In this document: positions 36,943 through 47,298 of the stretch, in pieces
Position numbering within the stretch: the first letter of the stretch is position 1
How the letters are laid out: the number at the start of each line of letters is the position of its first letter
Source of the DNA: an uncultured Ignavibacteriaceae bacterium
GTDB lineage: Bacteria > Bacteroidota > Ignavibacteria > UBA10030
NCBI GenBank assembly: GCA_964372545.1
Contig: CAYJSZ010000002.1
Location: 1-47,452 of the forward strand
Direction: 5' to 3'
Length of the DNA stretch: 47,452 nucleotides
Made by a program: the position numbers and the translations under genes
The notes under the pieces: generated by a model
What the model saw: only the letters and a program-made list of their open reading frames with translations
Told to the model about the DNA's origin: nothing
The model's database searches: none

Positions 36943-38796
36943 ATGAATGCACTTCCCTTCATTCTCGGCGCGCTCTGCGTCATGGCCATCGCCTACCGAT
37001 ACTACAGCGCGTTCCTTGCCACAAAAGTCGTTGCGCTGGACGACGCTCGACAAACACCGGCCCACACCTTGAACGATGGGCAAAACTATTACCCGACCAA
37101 CAAGTGGGTGCTCTTTGGACATCATTTTGCGGCGATCTCCGGTGCGGGTCCTTTAATTGGTCCGGTGTTGGCGGCGCAGTTTGGGTTTCTTCCGGGATTT
37201 TTGTGGCTGTTGATCGGGGTTTGCCTCGGCGGTGCCGTTCATGATTTCATGATTCTCTCTGCTTCTGTGCGTCGCAATGGAAAATCGCTGGCCGAGATTG
37301 CGCGGCACGAGATCAGTCCGATGGCAAGCGCCGTGGGGTCGGTCGCTATTCTCATTATCGTCATCATCGCGCTCGCGGGACTCGGTCTGGCAGTCGTGAA
37401 CGCGCTCCGCGAAAGCTCGTGGGGGACGTTCACGATTGCGATGACAATCCCGATTGCGCTCTTCGTCGGCTTGTGGATGTACAAGATCCGTCCGGGGAAC
37501 ATTGGCGAAGCGAGCCTCATCGGCGTCGTCGGCGTGTTTGCCTCCGTATTCGTCGGTAGCTTCATACCGGAGTCGTCCTTCGCACAATACTTTACGTTGT
37601 CGCGCGAAGGAATCATCATCGCAATTGCCGTCTACGGGTTTATCGCATCCGTGCTGCCCGTCTGGCTGCTGCTCTGCCCGCGTGATTATCTGAGCTCGTA
37701 CATGAAGATCGGAACGATCGCCGCGCTGATTCTCGGCGTCGTGATCGTTGCGCCGGAAATCCGCATGCCCGCCATTACGGAGTTCATCCACGGCGGCGGG
37801 CCGATTATTCCCGGCAAAGTCTTTCCCTTTGTGTTCATCACCATCGCTTGTGGTGCGATTTCAGGATTCCACGCCTTGGTCTCGTCCGGCACGACGCCGA
37901 AGATGCTGAACCATGAAACCGAGGCGCGCGTGATCGGCTATGGTGCCATGCTGATGGAAGGCGTGGTCGGCATCATCTCCCTCATCGCAGCCAGCTCGCT
38001 CTTCCCGGCTGATTATTTTGCGATCAACCTTACTCCGGAAAAATTCGCGGCGCTCGGCATGTCTCCGGTCAATCTACAAGAACTCTCGCTCGAAGTCGGT
38101 GAAACCGTCGCCGGCCGTCCGGGCGGCGCGGTGTCGCTCGCGGTCGGTTTTGCCCAGATCTTTTCCAGCATCCCAGGCATGAAAGGGTTGATGTCGTATT
38201 GGTACCATTTTGCCATCATGTTCGAGGCGTTGTTTATCCTCACCACGATCGACACGGGGACGCGTGTCGCGCGTTTTCTGGTACAAGAGTTCGGCGGTAG
38301 AATGTGGAAGCCGTTTGAAAGAACTGACTGGCTCCCCGGGACTCTTCTTTCGACTGCTCTGGTGGTTGTTGCGTGGGCGTATTTCATCTGGAACGGAAGC
38401 ATCAGCACCATCTGGCCGATGTTTGGAACGGCAAACCAGTTGCTCGCCAGTGTTGCGCTTGCCGTGGCAACGACCGCCATCATCAACGCCGGTAAGCAAC
38501 GCTACGTCCTGGTGACACTCCTGCCGATGTTGTTCGTCTCGAGTACCACGCTCACCGCGGGCTGGCTGAACATTACCGACAACTTCTGGCCGCTGACCGC
38601 CAATCCCGCAACCGCAACGCAGGGGTATGTCAATTCCATCCTGACGGGAATCATGATGGCCTGCGCGGTCATCATTATTATAGAATCGTTTCGACGATGG
38701 CATCGTGTCCTCGTGAAAAAGCAGTACTCGGTCGCCGGAGCGCTCGTACCGGTCGCAGAGGGAAATTTCACGCCGCCGTCCTATGGTTGCTGCTGA
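36943..38796 (+). CDS. cstA: Carbon starvation protein A (peptide/pyruvate transporter family)
   Basis: 617-aa polytopic protein. [12 protein letters not shown] and [23 protein letters not shown] are hallmarks of CstA. Confidence 0.9.
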   Translation: MNALPFILGALCVMAIAYRYYSAFLATKVVALDDARQTPAHTLNDGQNYYPTNKWVLFGHHFAAISGAGPLIGPVLAAQFGFLPGFLWLLIGVCLGGAVHDFMILSASVRRNGKSLAEIARHEISPMASAVGSVAILIIVIIALAGLGLAVVNALRESSWGTFTIAMTIPIALFVGLWMYKIRPGNIGEASLIGVVGVFASVFVGSFIPESSFAQYFTLSREGIIIAIAVYGFIASVLPVWLLLCPRDYLSSYMKIGTIAALILGVVIVAPEIRMPAITEFIHGGGPIIPGKVFPFVFITIACGAISGFHALVSSGTTPKMLNHETEARVIGYGAMLMEGVVGIISLIAASSLFPADYFAINLTPEKFAALGMSPVNLQELSLEVGETVAGRPGGAVSLAVGFAQIFSSIPGMKGLMSYWYHFAIMFEALFILTTIDTGTRVARFLVQEFGGRMWKPFERTDWLPGTLLSTALVVVAWAYFIWNGSISTIWPMFGTANQLLASVALAVATTAIINAGKQRYVLVTLLPMLFVSSTTLTAGWLNITDNFWPLTANPATATQGYVNSILTGIMMACAVIIIIESFRRWHRVLVKKQYSVAGALVPVAEGNFTPPSYGCC

Positions 38797-39041
38797 TCCT
38801 TTGCAAGGACAATGCTAATCTGAATCCACACCGAACAAAGGCCGGTACGCTCCGACGCATCAGCTTCAAGCCCCCCATACCTACTTCAAAGATCAGCAGC
38901 CCCTTTTGTAGAATTTGCCTTGCCCTCTCGTGTGCACTCCCCGAAGAACCAAGAAATCCAGTGATATTCGCTGGCATATTGCTTGACCCTCTTGGTGCGA
39001 CATGACACATCGTATTGTGGTTCGACCAAAGGAATCAAGCC

Positions 39042-41036
39042 ATGCAAGTCCTTCGCGTTGTTGAAGATTATCGCTATCGTACCAGCTCTCGACCGTTCCC
39101 GACGAAGCCACAGAGAAAAAATCCGGGAACAATACTCTTTCGCAGCACGGAGGGGATCCTTTCCTCGGTGTGGGAACAATCGAAAGATGGAATGCTTTTG
39201 ACGGATGAGGATGGAATTATCGTCGCGGTCAACAACGCCTACTGCAGACTGGTAAACATGCAGCAGCGCGAATTGATTTACAAACCGCTAACGGTGGTGT
39301 ATGCGAGCGAACAAGATAAACAAGAGGTGCTGAGCGACTATCGACGGAGATTTGAGAGTCGAACCATGCAGGAGGATGCTGAGAAAGAGTTGAGATTGCA
39401 TGATGAGAGAGTCATCGATATCCAGACTGCGTATTCGTTTATCGAAGCGGAAGACGGAACGCCGCTGCTGCTTGGCGTATACCGCGATGTGTCCCGCAGG
39501 AAAAGAGCTGAGCGTGCATTAGCCCAGAGTGAACAGAACTATCGCGAACTGTTCGACAAGTCCGTGCAGGGGATGTTCCAAGTGACGATCGATGGGAAGC
39601 TTCTAGACGCAAACCTGACGCTGCTGCGCCTTCTGGGATACGACTCGCTGGAAGAACTCAAGAGCGTCAACATCGGCAAGGCAGTGTATGTGAACCCTCA
39701 GGATCGTGAACGGTTGACGGAGCTGCTGTTGCAGCACGGCTTCTGCCGCGATGTGGAGCTTCATTTGAAGCGGAAAGATGGCAGGCGGATTACTGTGCTG
39801 GAACACTCACGGGTCATAAAGGATGCCCAGGGAAAACCGCTGATGTTTGAAGGGATTTTAGAGGACATTACGGAGCGAAAAGAACAGGAGCGACAGTTGC
39901 GGGAAAATGTGGACGCGCTCAGGGTCGCCTACGAAGTGTTAGCAGAATTGAATGCGAGAAAGGATAAGTTGCTCTTTGCGCTGTCGCACGACCTCCGCTC
40001 ACCATTGGGAAGCATTATCGGCTTTTCTGAAGTTCTGCTCGCCGATGGTGAAAAGCTGCCGAAAGAGGAGTTGCAGCAATTCCTGACCTATATTCACGAT
40101 GCTGCGCAAAACCAGTTGCGCTTAATTAACGAACTTCTTGAAAAACCGACGCCGGAAACCGACGACCTCCGGGTGAATCCGGAAGAAACTGACCTTGCCG
40201 AAATCGGGATCAAAAGTGCCCAATTGTTGTCGACCGTCGCGAAACAGAAATCGATCGTTTTGAGCATGGATATCCCTGCGGACACAAGGGCACATGTTGA
40301 TGGGCAGCTTGTCCTTCAGGTTTTCAACAACCTGATCAGCAACGCGTTGAAGTTCACACCGCCCGGCGGCTCGATTTCCCTCGAGCTCCTCGATCAGACC
40401 GAACGAGAATGGGTAGTCGCCGTGCGGGATACCGGCATCGGAATTCCGACAGAAGACCTTCCGAAGTTGTTCCGCGACAAGGGGACATACTCGCGCACAG
40501 GCCTTTCCGGCGAGAAAGGAACCGGTCTTGGGCTTTCGCTCTGCGCGGAAATCATGAAAGAGCTCGGCGGGCAAATCTCGGTGAAGAGCACGGTGGGTAA
40601 GGGGACGGCCTTCGTCTTGCGGTTTCCAAAGTCTGATCCCGAACAGAGCCTGAACATCCTCGTGGTCGACGATGAGGCCGGCATCCGGGCGCTCCATGCG
40701 ACATACATACAACGAGTGCTTCCCGGTGCCCGTGTGTTGCAAGCCGCCGATGGCCAGAAAGCCTTAGAGCTGATGTTTCGTTACCGGCCGCACGTTGTGT
40801 TTTGCGACTACGCCATGCCAAAGATGAACGGTCTTGCACTCCTCGAAGCGAAGAAACTACATGACGAGACAAAGGATATCCCGGTTGTGATCGCGACAGG
40901 GCATGACTCGTGGGCAGTTCGGGGAGATCTTGAATCGGCGGGAGCGTATGAGGTTCTCTCGAAGCCCGTTCCGGTGGCGAAAATCGAGTCGATACTGCGG
41001 GCGACGGCATGTTCCCTCAAACCGATAACATGCTAA
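39042..41036 (+). CDS. PAS-domain hybrid sensor histidine kinase with C-terminal receiver domain
   Basis: PAS repeats are present. The H-box is LSHDLRSPLGSI. The ATPase boxes are NLISNALKFTPPGG, DTGIGIP and GTGLGLSL. The receiver is ILVVDDEAGIR...CDYAMPKMNG. The start could also be GTG 39015. Confidence 0.85.
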   Translation: MQVLRVVEDYRYRTSSRPFPTKPQRKNPGTILFRSTEGILSSVWEQSKDGMLLTDEDGIIVAVNNAYCRLVNMQQRELIYKPLTVVYASEQDKQEVLSDYRRRFESRTMQEDAEKELRLHDERVIDIQTAYSFIEAEDGTPLLLGVYRDVSRRKRAERALAQSEQNYRELFDKSVQGMFQVTIDGKLLDANLTLLRLLGYDSLEELKSVNIGKAVYVNPQDRERLTELLLQHGFCRDVELHLKRKDGRRITVLEHSRVIKDAQGKPLMFEGILEDITERKEQERQLRENVDALRVAYEVLAELNARKDKLLFALSHDLRSPLGSIIGFSEVLLADGEKLPKEELQQFLTYIHDAAQNQLRLINELLEKPTPETDDLRVNPEETDLAEIGIKSAQLLSTVAKQKSIVLSMDIPADTRAHVDGQLVLQVFNNLISNALKFTPPGGSISLELLDQTEREWVVAVRDTGIGIPTEDLPKLFRDKGTYSRTGLSGEKGTGLGLSLCAEIMKELGGQISVKSTVGKGTAFVLRFPKSDPEQSLNILVVDDEAGIRALHATYIQRVLPGARVLQAADGQKALELMFRYRPHVVFCDYAMPKMNGLALLEAKKLHDETKDIPVVIATGHDSWAVRGDLESAGAYEVLSKPVPVAKIESILRATACSLKPITC

Positions 41037-41042
41037 CGAATC

Positions 41043-42143
41043 TTATTTGGATTCAGCTTGTGGCCTCTTGAGGTCCAGTTGCGTGCGAAAGGTATGAAGG
41101 ATTCCGTCGACCTGGAGAATAAGTTTCTTTTTCTCGACGCGGGGCGCGAAAATTGATCCATCCAGCATATACAAACGTTTGGAGGCAGTATCGTAGAACG
41201 TGTAGTTCACGAACGGTCCACCACCGGACTTGTCACTAAACCGCCAGTTCCCTCTTGTTTCCAACGCAAACCTGCCAAGGAAATCCGATTGGTGCATTTC
41301 CAAATTGTACGGTGCAATTTGAACGTACGCGTCATCCCCCGTGGTGCGGAAAAACATCTTCGTGAGGGAATCGCGTAGAGCGAGGACAGAATTCTCCGTT
41401 AACATTCCGGGCTGGGCGGCATCAATCCAATGGACGAAGATCCACCGTTCCATGTCGGAGGGTGTGGCGCGTCGCATCCAGAAAAAACGAGAGCCGGCGG
41501 AGTCGATAGCAACGACGTAATCATGCTGCGCAGTCATCGTCCAGCCGTACCGGTTCAGCAGTTTCTCCTCAATCTCCTTCTTGTTGTATCACCGTTCCGC
41601 CTCCAGGGAAGCCAACTCCCGTTTGAGCGACATGTTGGTAAAATAGTAGAGTAGATCCGGCGCCCGGTTTTGAATCGACGCCCACAGAATAGGAAGGTCA
41701 CGACCCGTCAAATACATCACCAGTTGTTGCCGCGCATGAACGTCGTACTTCGCGAAGACGAATTCTTTCCCCTGCTGAACGAGTGACCGAACCGTAGTAT
41801 CGAGTGTTGAACGCAGGTAGCCGGCAACAGTGTCGGCTCCGTTGAGCGGAGCGACAATGAGTCGATTCTTGTGCGTAGAGAATTCGTCAAAGCGATTGAA
41901 GCTCGTCCAGCGCAGGGTGAACCAGGGTTCGGGCTGGGGAGTGAACACTGTGTCTTCGAACGTCTCCCGCAAGACCGCCTGCAGAGCCTCCCAGGTGGTC
42001 GTATCGGCGAAGACGACGATTTCATCTTCCTTGCCCGTGGCTATGGTTTTTGCTTTCTCGCAACTACTCAAGGTGACGAGGAAGATGATGAACAGGGTTG
42101 TGCAGATCGGTTTCCAACGCATCATGGATTCCCTTGACACCAC
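41043..42143 (-). pseudogene. DUF4837-like lipoprotein gene interrupted by a single in-frame TGA (41589-41591)
   Basis: Two tracked ORFs (41589..42143 and 41043..41537) are in the same frame. Translation across the gap reads LEAER*YNKKEIEEKLLNRYGWTMTAQHDY without any other stop. The N-terminus MMRWKPICTTLFIIFLVTLSSC is lipoprotein-like. Confidence 0.6.
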
Positions 42144-42146
42144 GGT

Positions 42147-42881
42147 CTACACGAATGAAAAAAGGTCGACGGAAGGCAACAAGAGCACGTACAAACCCCA
42201 CATCACTGCACCGACACTGAGGGGGACGGACAGGTTGTCGTCGATCGGCAAAGGGGCTGACTCAGCGACGGCAGCGACGGCAGCTCCAATGACACCGATA
42301 CCGTATTCCAGCGGGAGCCCTTCGACCTTCGGCGTGATGAAAACGACGACGACTGCAGTAATGAAAAAGGCGAGAGTACCTTCCAGGCTCTTGCTGAGGA
42401 ACGGCCGCTTGCCGAAACGACGTCCGACCAGCGCAGACGTGGAGTCGGAGATTATGAGGATCGAAAGTGCCGTCACGACGAGCACTTTTGGAAAAATCAG
42501 CACACAGAGCGACGATGCGATCAGGACATTCGTTGCGCCATTGAGGCGTTTCCTCTGCTCATCCCGCTCGTGCCTTCGCAACAGCCATCCAAACCAGCGA
42601 TAAAACCAGTCGCTCGTTGGCTTGTGGTAGTATCGGGCGAGGTCGACGAGAAAGAATGCGGCCGTGAGCGGCAGAAGGAGCTGTAGGGCAAGCTGCTTCG
42701 AAATAAAAGAGTAGATGACAGGAATGGAAAGGGAGCAGAGGTGAATCGATTTGCGAATGAGTTCCGACCGGTAGTTGATCGTCGCAGAGTGTTCGAGCGA
42801 CTTGTTCACATCGTGGGGTTGCCGGTCATCGTGAGAAGATTCATCCCTGGATTGCATGAATTCCACAGGAGATTCGCTCAT
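42147..42881 (-). CDS. SEC59/DGK1/VTE5-family CTP-dependent polyprenol (dolichol/phytol) kinase-like membrane protein
   Basis: Polytopic 244-aa protein. It has the N-proximal RKSIHL motif and a layout typical of the family. Its start overlaps the ftsH stop by 4 nt. Confidence 0.55.
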   Translation of the reverse strand: MSESPVEFMQSRDESSHDDRQPHDVNKSLEHSATINYRSELIRKSIHLCSLSIPVIYSFISKQLALQLLLPLTAAFFLVDLARYYHKPTSDWFYRWFGWLLRRHERDEQRKRLNGATNVLIASSLCVLIFPKVLVVTALSILIISDSTSALVGRRFGKRPFLSKSLEGTLAFFITAVVVVFITPKVEGLPLEYGIGVIGAAVAAVAESAPLPIDDNLSVPLSVGAVMWGLYVLLLPSVDLFSFV

Positions 42882-45001
42882 GAACCTTTATTGGATTTCT
42901 CCGGTAGAGCATCCGGTGACCCAGGATTGTTTGTTCTCGACTGTGAAGAGGGTCCTTCAGCTTGTTGAGCTGTTGCTTGTTGTCCGTTCTTTCTTCTGTC
43001 CACCGGAGGGAGTTCTTCACCGCGCATGATCTTGTTGATTTCCTCGGCGTCGAGAATTTCTCGCTCGAGCAACTCGTTCGAAAGGCGGTGGAGGGTCGAA
43101 ATATTCTCGCGCAGAATTTTCTCCGCTCGTTTCATCGCCGCAGTCACGATCTTTTTCACTTCATAGTCGATGGTAATGGCGGTATCCTCGCTGAAATTGC
43201 GCGTGCGTGTGATTTCACGACCCAGGAAGAGCTCCTCTTCTTTTGCGCCGTACGCGAGAGGGCCGAGTTTGTCGCTCATGCCCCACTCGCACACCATTTT
43301 GCGGGCAAGTTCTGTGGCACGTTCAATGTCGTTTCCCGCTCCGGTGGTGAGCTGGTTGAAGATGATCTTTTCAGCCGCCCGCCCGCCGAGCGCGTAGGTG
43401 ATCATCGCTTCAAGGTATTCCTTCGAGTAGGTATGCTTTTCGTCGATCGGGAGGTAGGTGGTGACGCCCAACGCACGTCCGCGTGGGATGATGGTGACCT
43501 TGTGAACGGGGTCTGCTTCCGGCATGAATTTGGCGACGAGTACATGGCCGGACTCGTGGTACGACGTTACCTTCTTCTCGCGATCCGAGATGATCATCGT
43601 CTTCCGTTCCATCCCCATCATCACCTTATCTTTCGACGCCTCAAAGTGCCGCATGGCGACTTCTTTTTCATTCCCGCGAGCGGCAAGCAACGCGGATTCG
43701 TTCACCAGGTTAGCAATGTCGGCGCCGGAGAGTCCCGGAGTTCCTTTTGCCAGGACCTCCAGGTCGACATCATCGGCAAGCGGCGTGTTCTTCGTATGAA
43801 CTCGGAATATCCCTTCGCGGCCCTTCACGTCCGGTCGGTCGACTACCACCTGACGGTCGAAGCGGCCCGGACGAAGGAGCGCCGGGTCGAGTACATCCGG
43901 ACGGTTCGTTGCCGCAATAATGATGACGCCGCTGTTTTGCTCAAAGCCATCCATCTCGACCAGCAGTTGGTTCAGCGTCTGCTCGCGTTCGTCATGTCCG
44001 CCGCCCAAACCGGCGCCGCGATGACGGCCCACTGCATCGATCTCGTCGATGAAAATAATGCACGGGGCGCTCTTCTTTCCCTGCTCGAAAAGATCGCGCA
44101 CGCGGCTCGCACCGACACCGACGAACATTTCGACAAAGTCCGCCCCGCTGATCGTATAGAAGGGTACACCCGCTTCGCCGGCGACCGCGCGGGCAAGGAG
44201 CGTTTTGCCGGTGCCCGGAGGCCCGAGCAGTAACACGCCGCGAGGAATTTTTCCACCCAGTCGCTGGAACTTGCCGGGGTCTTTGAGGAATTCGATGATT
44301 TCCTGCAGCTCGAACTTCGCTTCATCCGCTCCGGCCACATCTTCGAAGGTGATTTGCGTGCCGCCTTCCGTCAACAATTTGGCGCGACTCTTCCCGAACG
44401 AGAACAGGCCCTTCGGCCCGCCGGCTCCTGCCTGCATCCGCCGGAAAATGATCAGCCAGATGCCGATGAGCAACACCCACGGGAGAAATCCCACGAGCAT
44501 GTTGTACCACGCACTGTCTTCCTTGACAATATTAAAGCGAACCCCTTTGCCGCTCCAGTCGGAAATAATCTTGTCATCGATGTTCGAATAGGGGAGCGTC
44601 AGAACGATGCGGGATGCGTTTCGTGCACGTTTGCCGCTAACGGTGGTCAGCTCCATCGGTTGCGAGAGTCTGCCGTGGAAATCGTAGTCGTTCAGGTTGG
44701 ATTTCTTGATGAGTGCTTCGGAGATTTTTCCATCGCTCATCAATTGTTGAAACGTGGTGAAGTTGACCTCATACTCCGTTTCCTCGTTGCTCTTGAAGGC
44801 ATACATGACGAGAAATACCGCCAGGAGAATCCCCAGCCAGCTCGCGATGACGCGCCCGACCTTGTTCCAGTTGAACTCGTCGTCGCGGTACTGCTTCGAT
44901 TGTTTTCGTTGCGGTCGCTGTGGAACGAAGCGCCTCTTCTGTTGGCCGCTGTCTCGTTGTTTGGGATCGCTGGAATCTTCTTTGTAGAACGTGTTGCTCA
45001 T
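42878..45001 (-). CDS. ftsH: ATP-dependent zinc metalloprotease FtsH
   Basis: Walker [19 protein letters not shown] and Walker [10 protein letters not shown] are present, with the zinc motif HESGHVL and two N-terminal TM helices. ATG at 45001 is preferred because the longer ORF would overlap hpt. Confidence 0.95.
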   Translation of the reverse strand: MSNTFYKEDSSDPKQRDSGQQKRRFVPQRPQRKQSKQYRDDEFNWNKVGRVIASWLGILLAVFLVMYAFKSNEETEYEVNFTTFQQLMSDGKISEALIKKSNLNDYDFHGRLSQPMELTTVSGKRARNASRIVLTLPYSNIDDKIISDWSGKGVRFNIVKEDSAWYNMLVGFLPWVLLIGIWLIIFRRMQAGAGGPKGLFSFGKSRAKLLTEGGTQITFEDVAGADEAKFELQEIIEFLKDPGKFQRLGGKIPRGVLLLGPPGTGKTLLARAVAGEAGVPFYTISGADFVEMFVGVGASRVRDLFEQGKKSAPCIIFIDEIDAVGRHRGAGLGGGHDEREQTLNQLLVEMDGFEQNSGVIIIAATNRPDVLDPALLRPGRFDRQVVVDRPDVKGREGIFRVHTKNTPLADDVDLEVLAKGTPGLSGADIANLVNESALLAARGNEKEVAMRHFEASKDKVMMGMERKTMIISDREKKVTSYHESGHVLVAKFMPEADPVHKVTIIPRGRALGVTTYLPIDEKHTYSKEYLEAMITYALGGRAAEKIIFNQLTTGAGNDIERATELARKMVCEWGMSDKLGPLAYGAKEEELFLGREITRTRNFSEDTAITIDYEVKKIVTAAMKRAEKILRENISTLHRLSNELLEREILDAEEINKIMRGEELPPVDRRKNGQQATAQQAEGPSSQSRTNNPGSPDALPEKSNKGS

Positions 45002-45032
45002 GATACACTCCTCAAAATGCCCGACGCCGTTC

Positions 45033-45590
45033 TCAGTTCTTCTGTTCAGTCGGTTCAAGCCTGTAGACTGCGCGTAAGTTACGAACTTTTTGTGCGTAGT
45101 CCAAACCGTAGCCAATCACAAATTCCGGCGGAATCTCGAAGCCTACGTAATCGATAGAAAAATCAATTTTTGCGACGGTTTTCTTCAGCAATAACGTCAC
45201 GACACGGAACGAGCTGGGGTTCTCGCGCATGATGAGCTTCTTGATAAAATCGATCGACAACCCTGAATCGACGATATCTTCGACTACGACGATATCGCGG
45301 TTTGTTACCTCGCAGTTCAGCTCCTTCAACAACTTTACCTGGCCCGAGGAAATCTTTGCGTCGCCGTAGCTGGAGAGCTTGAAGAAATCCACCTCGCAGT
45401 CGACGGTGATTTCACGGATCAAATCGGAGATGAAGATGAACGAGCCGTTCAGGATGCCGATGAAGATCGGCGTTTTCCCCCGATAGTCATTGTTGATCTC
45501 TGCAGCGAGCTCTTTCACGCGCTTCTGGATTTGGTCTTCGGATAAGTATTGCTTAAAGCGCTCGCCGTTGACAGTGACGTATTCGTGCAT
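45033..45590 (-). CDS. hpt: Hypoxanthine phosphoribosyltransferase
   Basis: PRPP-binding motif [12 protein letters not shown] is present, with [16 protein letters not shown] at 45590 gives a 185-aa product. The longer tracked ORF overlaps tilS. Confidence 0.9.
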   Translation of the reverse strand: MHEYVTVNGERFKQYLSEDQIQKRVKELAAEINNDYRGKTPIFIGILNGSFIFISDLIREITVDCEVDFFKLSSYGDAKISSGQVKLLKELNCEVTNRDIVVVEDIVDSGLSIDFIKKLIMRENPSSFRVVTLLLKKTVAKIDFSIDYVGFEIPPEFVIGYGLDYAQKVRNLRAVYRLEPTEQKN

Positions 45591-45597
45591 GTGAAGG

Positions 45598-46995
45598 TTA
45601 TCCGTTCGAGAGGGGAAGGAATTGAAGTGTTGCGACCGAAACGGTCTCCTGAGTAAGCTGAAAGCGCTCGTCGAGTCGTTGGCCACACACCCAGACGATG
45701 GCGCCGTCGGATTCAAGCACGGGAATACGATGTTTTTCGTGCAGCGGGATCTTCTTGTCGACGAAAAAATCGCTCAGTTTTTTCTTTCCGTGTAATCCCA
45801 ACGGGATGAACCAATCCCCGTCCCGCCAGTTTCGAAGAACGAGCTCCTTGCCCAACCGCCCGGCATCGACGAACGCGGTCATCGCGCCGCGTTGAAACGT
45901 GCGCGGCGTGTCGTGTTCGACGACGGAAGAAAACTCAAATCCGGGAAATCGATAGGCCTCCCCGAGTTGCACAGGATACTCGAACGGTTGAACAGCTGTG
46001 GAGCTATCGAAGACCAATCGATCGCGGTCTCGGAAAACTCGAACAGACCGTGAAAGCGATAGTGACCGCCCGGTTTGTTTGGAACAAAGCTCCAACACGT
46101 GGATCACTTTTTCAGCAAGGGGTTCAACGTCGAGTCTTCGGAAGAGCGAGAGAATGATTTCGTCCTGAAGAAGGGGAGATTGTTTTAGAAGAAGCGGGAT
46201 GTCCACGAATGTTTTCTTGTTATCTCGAGAAACAATCTGTCGAAGCACGGATTCCGTTTCAGCGGTGAGTCTTCCTTCGAGATCGCGCATCGACGCGGCA
46301 ATCCGATTGAACGACTGTGAGACATCGATTTCCAGGCTCGTGCGCAGAAAAGGCATAACCTTATGGCGAATGAGGTTCCGCGTGTACTCCAGAGAATCGT
46401 TTGATGAATCCTGCCGGAACGCGATCCGGCGCTCCCGTGCGTAGTGCTCAATTTCCTTCCGATACGCAAAGAGCAGCGGGCGGATAATAGATCCATTCTC
46501 TCGCTTCGAGGGAATCCCCGCGAGCCCATGAATACCGCTGCCGCGCAGCGCATTCATCAGGACTGTTTCCGCGTTATCGTCCGCATTGTGAGCAGTTGCA
46601 ACCAGATCTGCGCCAAGAGCCTTCCGCGTTTCTTCAAAGAATCGGTAGCGCAACTCGCGAGCTGCTTCCTGTTTTCCTACGCCGTGCTGATGAGCGTAGT
46701 CCAGCGTCTCGACACGAGCAGAATAGGAGGGAAGACCCAGGCGTTCCGCTGCCTCCCGAACAAACTCTTCGTCGCCACTTGCCTCATCGCCGCGTAATTG
46801 ATGGTTGACGTGAGCGACGCTGAGTGTGAGCTTCCATGGTTCTTTCAGTTCCAGGAAGAGATACATCATGGCCATGGAGTCGATTCCCCCGCTTACGGCG
46901 AGCAGAACATGCAAACCCGGTGTAAGCAGCTGGTGTGACGTGAGAAACTCCTCGAACCGAGAGAGAAAATGTTCAGGATGGGTCATCATTGGCAT
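45598..46995 (-). CDS. tilS: tRNA(Ile)-lysidine synthase
   Basis: PP-loop LLAVSGGIDSMAM is present. The gene encodes 465 aa and keeps the conserved tilS-hpt-ftsH gene order. Confidence 0.9.
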   Translation of the reverse strand: MPMMTHPEHFLSRFEEFLTSHQLLTPGLHVLLAVSGGIDSMAMMYLFLELKEPWKLTLSVAHVNHQLRGDEASGDEEFVREAAERLGLPSYSARVETLDYAHQHGVGKQEAARELRYRFFEETRKALGADLVATAHNADDNAETVLMNALRGSGIHGLAGIPSKRENGSIIRPLLFAYRKEIEHYARERRIAFRQDSSNDSLEYTRNLIRHKVMPFLRTSLEIDVSQSFNRIAASMRDLEGRLTAETESVLRQIVSRDNKKTFVDIPLLLKQSPLLQDEIILSLFRRLDVEPLAEKVIHVLELCSKQTGRSLSLSRSVRVFRDRDRLVFDSSTAVQPFEYPVQLGEAYRFPGFEFSSVVEHDTPRTFQRGAMTAFVDAGRLGKELVLRNWRDGDWFIPLGLHGKKKLSDFFVDKKIPLHEKHRIPVLESDGAIVWVCGQRLDERFQLTQETVSVATLQFLPLSNG

Positions 46996-47003
46996 CGTTC
47001 ATA

Positions 47004-47051
47004 CAAAAAATCTTGATCCGGCGATACCACGGCGCGATCAAGAGTTTTTTT
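47004..47051. terminator. Bidirectional terminator-like hairpin between the tRNA locus and tilS
   Basis: Stem tcttgatc...gatcaaga (47011-47043) is flanked by an A-run (47004-47010) and a T-run (47045-47051). A U-tract therefore follows the hairpin on either strand. Confidence 0.5.
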
Positions 47052-47076
47052 GAATTTTAGGATTTCAACACGTTGC

Positions 47077-47221
47077 GATCCCGACAAAAGTCGACAGGGA
47101 TTCTGAAAATGGCAGTCACTCATTGAAAACGTTCGTGGGCCACAACTTTCGATCCCGCCACGAAGCGGCGGGGTTCTCAAAATCACTGCCACTCGCACAA
47201 TGCGCTCGCGGGTGATTTTGG
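47077..47221. repeat. Two tandem ~72-nt double-hairpin modules immediately 3' of the tRNA gene
   Basis: Module 1 (47077-47150) is gatcccgacaaaagtcgacaggga + ttctgaaaatgg... Module 2 (47151-47221) is gatcccgccacgaagcggcgggg + ttctcaaaatcac...gtgattttgg. A third copy with the same architecture lies at 47328-47397. Confidence 0.65.
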
Positions 47222-47224
47222 AAG

Positions 47225-47298
47225 TAGCGGGGGAGGGATTCGAACCCACGACCTGCGGATTATGATTCCGACGCTCTAACCAACTGAGCTACCCCGCC
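47225..47298 (-). tRNA. tRNA with anticodon CAU (Met or Ile2/lysidine type; isotype not resolvable by eye)
   Basis: The minus-strand sequence GGCGGGGTAGCTCAGTTGGTTAGAGCGTCGGAATCATAATCCGCAGGTCGTGGGTTCGAATCCCTCCCCCGCTA folds as a 74-nt cloverleaf. The D stem is GCTC/GAGC, the anticodon loop is AUCAUAA and the T-loop is TTCGAAT. No CCA is encoded. Three weak or mismatched pairs are present: G1-U72, U27-C43 and U50-U64. Confidence 0.75.

Noticed and set aside
41589-41591. TGA recoding (selenocysteine or genome-wide reassignment) as the explanation for the in-frame stop in the DUF4837 gene.
   Set aside because: Many neighbouring genes terminate at TGA exactly where their homologues should end. 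No SECIS-like hairpin follows the codon, and no Cys/Sec-type active-site context is present.
42962-44233. 423-aa ORF antisense to ftsH.
   Set aside because: It mirrors the highly conserved ftsH reading frame and has no start context or motifs of its own. It is a compositional artefact.
47225-47298. Calling the CAU tRNA an initiator tRNA-fMet because of its GGCGGGG acceptor stem and initiator-like anticodon/T-arm segments.
   Set aside because: It lacks the bacterial initiator hallmarks: a C1xA72 mismatch and three consecutive G-C pairs closing the anticodon stem (here G-C, G-C, A-U). Its D-arm is elongator-type.
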